A stretch of DNA of 38,772 nucleotides, from the NCBI GenBank assembly GCA_013115125.1, contig JABANN010000328.1:1-38772 (forward strand), given 5' to 3'. Positions 35,926-38,772 of the stretch are shown here, one piece after another. The notes below the pieces were generated by a model. That model saw only the letters and a program-made list of their open reading frames with translations, ran no database searches and was not told where the DNA came from. Position numbers and translations under genes: made by a program. The first letter of the stretch is position 1; the number at the start of each line of letters is the position of its first letter. This stretch comes from Perkinsus olseni (taxonomy: Eukaryota).

Positions 35926-37100
35926 TTATGAGAGAACTCCTTGAATGGGACGTACCTTAAGAAGCCCGACATCTCCATGGTCCACAGCCAAACGGTCTGG
36001 CCCAGACTCGCAGACCTTTTCATTTGCCTAATCATGTTGTTGGCTAGGCTCCAAGGGCTTCTTCAAATCAACCGCTGGTCCCCTCGAGGCAGTGCAGCAC
36101 GTGGAAGAGTGTTGTAGCTCGACCCTCATTGGACCGCAATTCCCTATTACTCACTGAGTCGATCAACCCCACCAAGGATACCCGTCTCGGATTGACAACA
36201 ACTGTTAGTAGACCACGCGGTATCAGAGAAACTGGTGTCATGGTGACTATGATGCGATCTGGCGCAACACAAAATGAAGGGTATGAAAAATGCCAATGTC
36301 TTCATCATCAGTCACCTCACTGCAGCTACCGTCATCACTGTACCCGACTACGTCGTACGGAAACCTGAGGCAGACCGAATCTTATCCGCAACACAGCCAT
36401 GAGCGCAATCCATTGGAAGCATGCAAAGCACACAGTGTCACCGCTCACCATGGGGATTCCCTATTAGGGAACATGAGAATTTAACCAACAGACAGATACT
36501 GACAGAATGGGTATAATGGGGAATAAACTGCTACCTAGAAACAGTTTCATCTTCAACGATCTACTATTATGTCAAGTAGTCATCACTGAGTTACATAGCA
36601 AGGCTTTACAACCGCCACACGATAAGTTAATGATAGCACATTCATGTTGAACTGACTAACCACTAGACTTACGCTGCGGCGTTTTTGTGCCTACATTGCC
36701 GCCTTCCGAGTCGACAATGAAGCATCGCTGAACCGTTCAGTGTTGATGCCATTGACAGTTCATCCATGGGCGCCCCAGCGCCGCAGACATGCGGAGAGAG
36801 CGAGCAAGTAGAAAAGCCATGGCACATTTATCATTCTCAGCAAGCGTTCGTACATTCCTGCGTCGGAATGGCAGTGGATTTCGCAAATCCATCGTGTGCC
36901 TTGTGCGGACGGTCAGGGATGAAGTTGGAGAGGGATCACCCAGCGTAGAGAGAAAAATATTAAGGAATCCAAATTTATAAGCGTTCCATGAATGACCCTC
37001 GAAGGTGATTTCTATTTTCGCGGATATAAATTCAGAGAATTTCGCAAACAAAAAGGTACTTTTTCCGCTTGACGTTGATACCGCCAAAGCAACCTCAATC
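35926..37100 (-). pseudogene. Diverged paralog (gene or pseudogene) of 33568-34944
   Basis: 3' end GDVGLLKVRPIQGVLS* and flanking gggcagtgccgccag match 33539-33620. Upstream frames appear interrupted. Confidence 0.35.
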
Positions 37101-37169
37101 TCATGGAAGGGCACTCGCCTTTGATACCTCATCCATCACACACAGCCCGTCAACAGCACCCCGGTGGAC

Positions 37170-38642
37170 ATTAATTCTTCACAAAACTCCGATATCGTCG
37201 CGCGTGCCCCAGACTTGAAGACCCCTTACGGTTGTCCTCGAATGTAGTCGTCCAATTGCGGGCAATGCTTCCCCGTCCCTTCGAAGTCCAGCAGGCATTG
37301 GCACTCGCATGTCAACAAACGAACCAACCATTGGAGCTTCCGGGTATCTAAAATTGAGGAAATGCAAGTTGTCGCTAGATAGCGAGACTGTACCGGGTGG
37401 CTTGGGTAGCTGGTAGACAGTGGTATCGATCACGATCCACCACGAGCTGCCTCCTGCCTTGGCCGCATCGCCAGGGAAGACCAAGTCACGCATAACCGAC
37501 GGTGCAGCCAAGCTGGTGCGATGGGCATGGGCGAAGACTGGTCCTAGATAACAGGTTCTAGTCCCAGCCGAAGCATCGCTCTCACTCACCATCATATGTG
37601 GCTTCCTTGACGGTACCTCCATCACAGTAAGACAGAACTACCGAGTTGATGCAATGCCTCTCGTTTGGCGGTGGATTGTCAAAAGCCTGAAACTTGACGT
37701 GATACCCACGCTCGAGAGCGAAGACGCCACAGACAAGATTATCACTACGTTGGCATGTTGAACAACACGCGAAAGCTCGTAACAAGAATCAGCGTCTAGC
37801 TTGTGAGAGAAAGTACTCAAGCGTCAAGCTACTCCGATAACCATTGAAAGCGACCGGTTAGAATAACACTCGACTTGAGAAATGACGGGAAACGAGATGT
37901 CCGAGGCAGGATGATTCGCCCTGAAGAGGTTTGATGGCGTTGCAAGGACGACATCGATGAGAGCTTGGTCTCACCTACTTCGTTATAAAATACATGTCCC
38001 AAATGTATACCACACTTTCCGCACTTCACCTCAGTTCGGACGTCATCAGCATCCCTCACCAGCTTTAACCCGGCACCCTCGGCAGAGCGGTAGAAGCCCG
38101 GCCATCCTGCAAGGACGCCAGTAAAAACCCCTCACGAGGGCCCCCATTGATCAACAGCACCCCTCGGAAGACCCAAGAGAAGGGCCGCCCCTACCCTACC
38201 GCCACCACAAGAGGTTACAGTATCCCTAACAACTCTCACTAGGAAGACCTTAATAACAATAGCCGCCAAGAACGAGAGTATCCAGCAGTATTAAACTATC
38301 AGTATACTGATGTAGGAAAATCCCTCATAAACCCGTGAACAGAAATACAACAGTATTATGACAAACGAGAACGGGCGACCTTCTCCTACCACAACCACAA
38401 TCGAACTTATGCTCAGCATCATACATGACAGCACCACACTGTCTACAGAGATACCGACCCCTCCCAGGAAAATGGTCATCCCATCCACCTGAGAGCCATC
38501 CGTAACACTACGCGTGGATAACAAAAGTACCTAGATGCTGTGTCACCCCTCGCGGCTCCGTACCACCATCGACGCCTACTATGTGCCAGGCAGACACCCC
38601 AGGCATGAAAACGGGGGCGGCAGTCAAAACTACGAAGCGGCC
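37170..38642 (-). CDS. msrB: Methionine-R-sulfoxide reductase MsrB with C-terminal extension; 5' end uncertain
   Basis: GTEPRG...GRYLCRQCGAVMYDAEHKFDCGC|GWPGFY...RTEVKCGKCGIHLGHVFYNE|AFDNPPPNERHCINS. Two CxxC zinc motifs plus the catalytic Cys. Confidence 0.92.
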
Positions 38643-38701
38643 TGAAGCTAGACTGAGGGAAGTAATACCAACACCGAGAGTGTTGAACTCATACTCATAC
38701 T

Positions 38702-38702
38702 C

Positions 38703-38772
<70 letters not shown>
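38702..38772 (+). repeat. (CAA)n microsatellite, at least 23 units, runs off window
   Basis: Perfect CAA array to the window end. Confidence 0.99.

Noticed and set aside
38530-38560. In-frame TGA (selenocysteine) in MsrB
   Set aside because: Careful reading gives CCG CGA GGG GTG ACA, so the TGA is out of frame. The catalytic residue is TGC (Cys).
1-38772. Spliced-leader RNA gene or relic (CCGTAGCCAT...GGCTCAAG), rRNA, CRISPR array
   Set aside because: None seen by eye on either strand. The repeats found lack a repeat-spacer pattern.
38702-38772. Telomere
   Set aside because: A CAA trinucleotide array is a microsatellite, not a recognised telomeric repeat.

Overview
Eukaryotic, intron-rich genomic DNA. 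Short GT-AG introns (mostly ~45-60 nt), compact co-oriented genes and the protein families suggest a Perkinsus-like alveolate (inference, not database-confirmed). The first ~20 kb is a block of minus-strand spliced genes: an ankyrin + RING (RBR/ANKIB1-like) E3, several hypotheticals, a CHY/RING-H2 Pirh2-like E3 and a dynein light chain. It also carries a decayed DDE transposase resembling the Dada/DUF6729 type. The ~20-30 kb stretch is accessory-looking, with an intronless F-box-like/zinc-finger ORF, a secreted protein, a candidate copia LTR+PBS, a Tc1/mariner end, a pseudogenised WD40 duplicate and a tandem pair of small secreted 8-cysteine peptide genes (one missed by the ORF track). That peptide pair is the most striking find. 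The last ~8 kb holds a WD40-like gene, tRNA-Asn(GTT), two segments with paralogous C-termini, an MsrB with an unusual C-terminal extension and a terminal (CAA)n microsatellite. Exon structures were read by eye, so gene boundaries are approximate.
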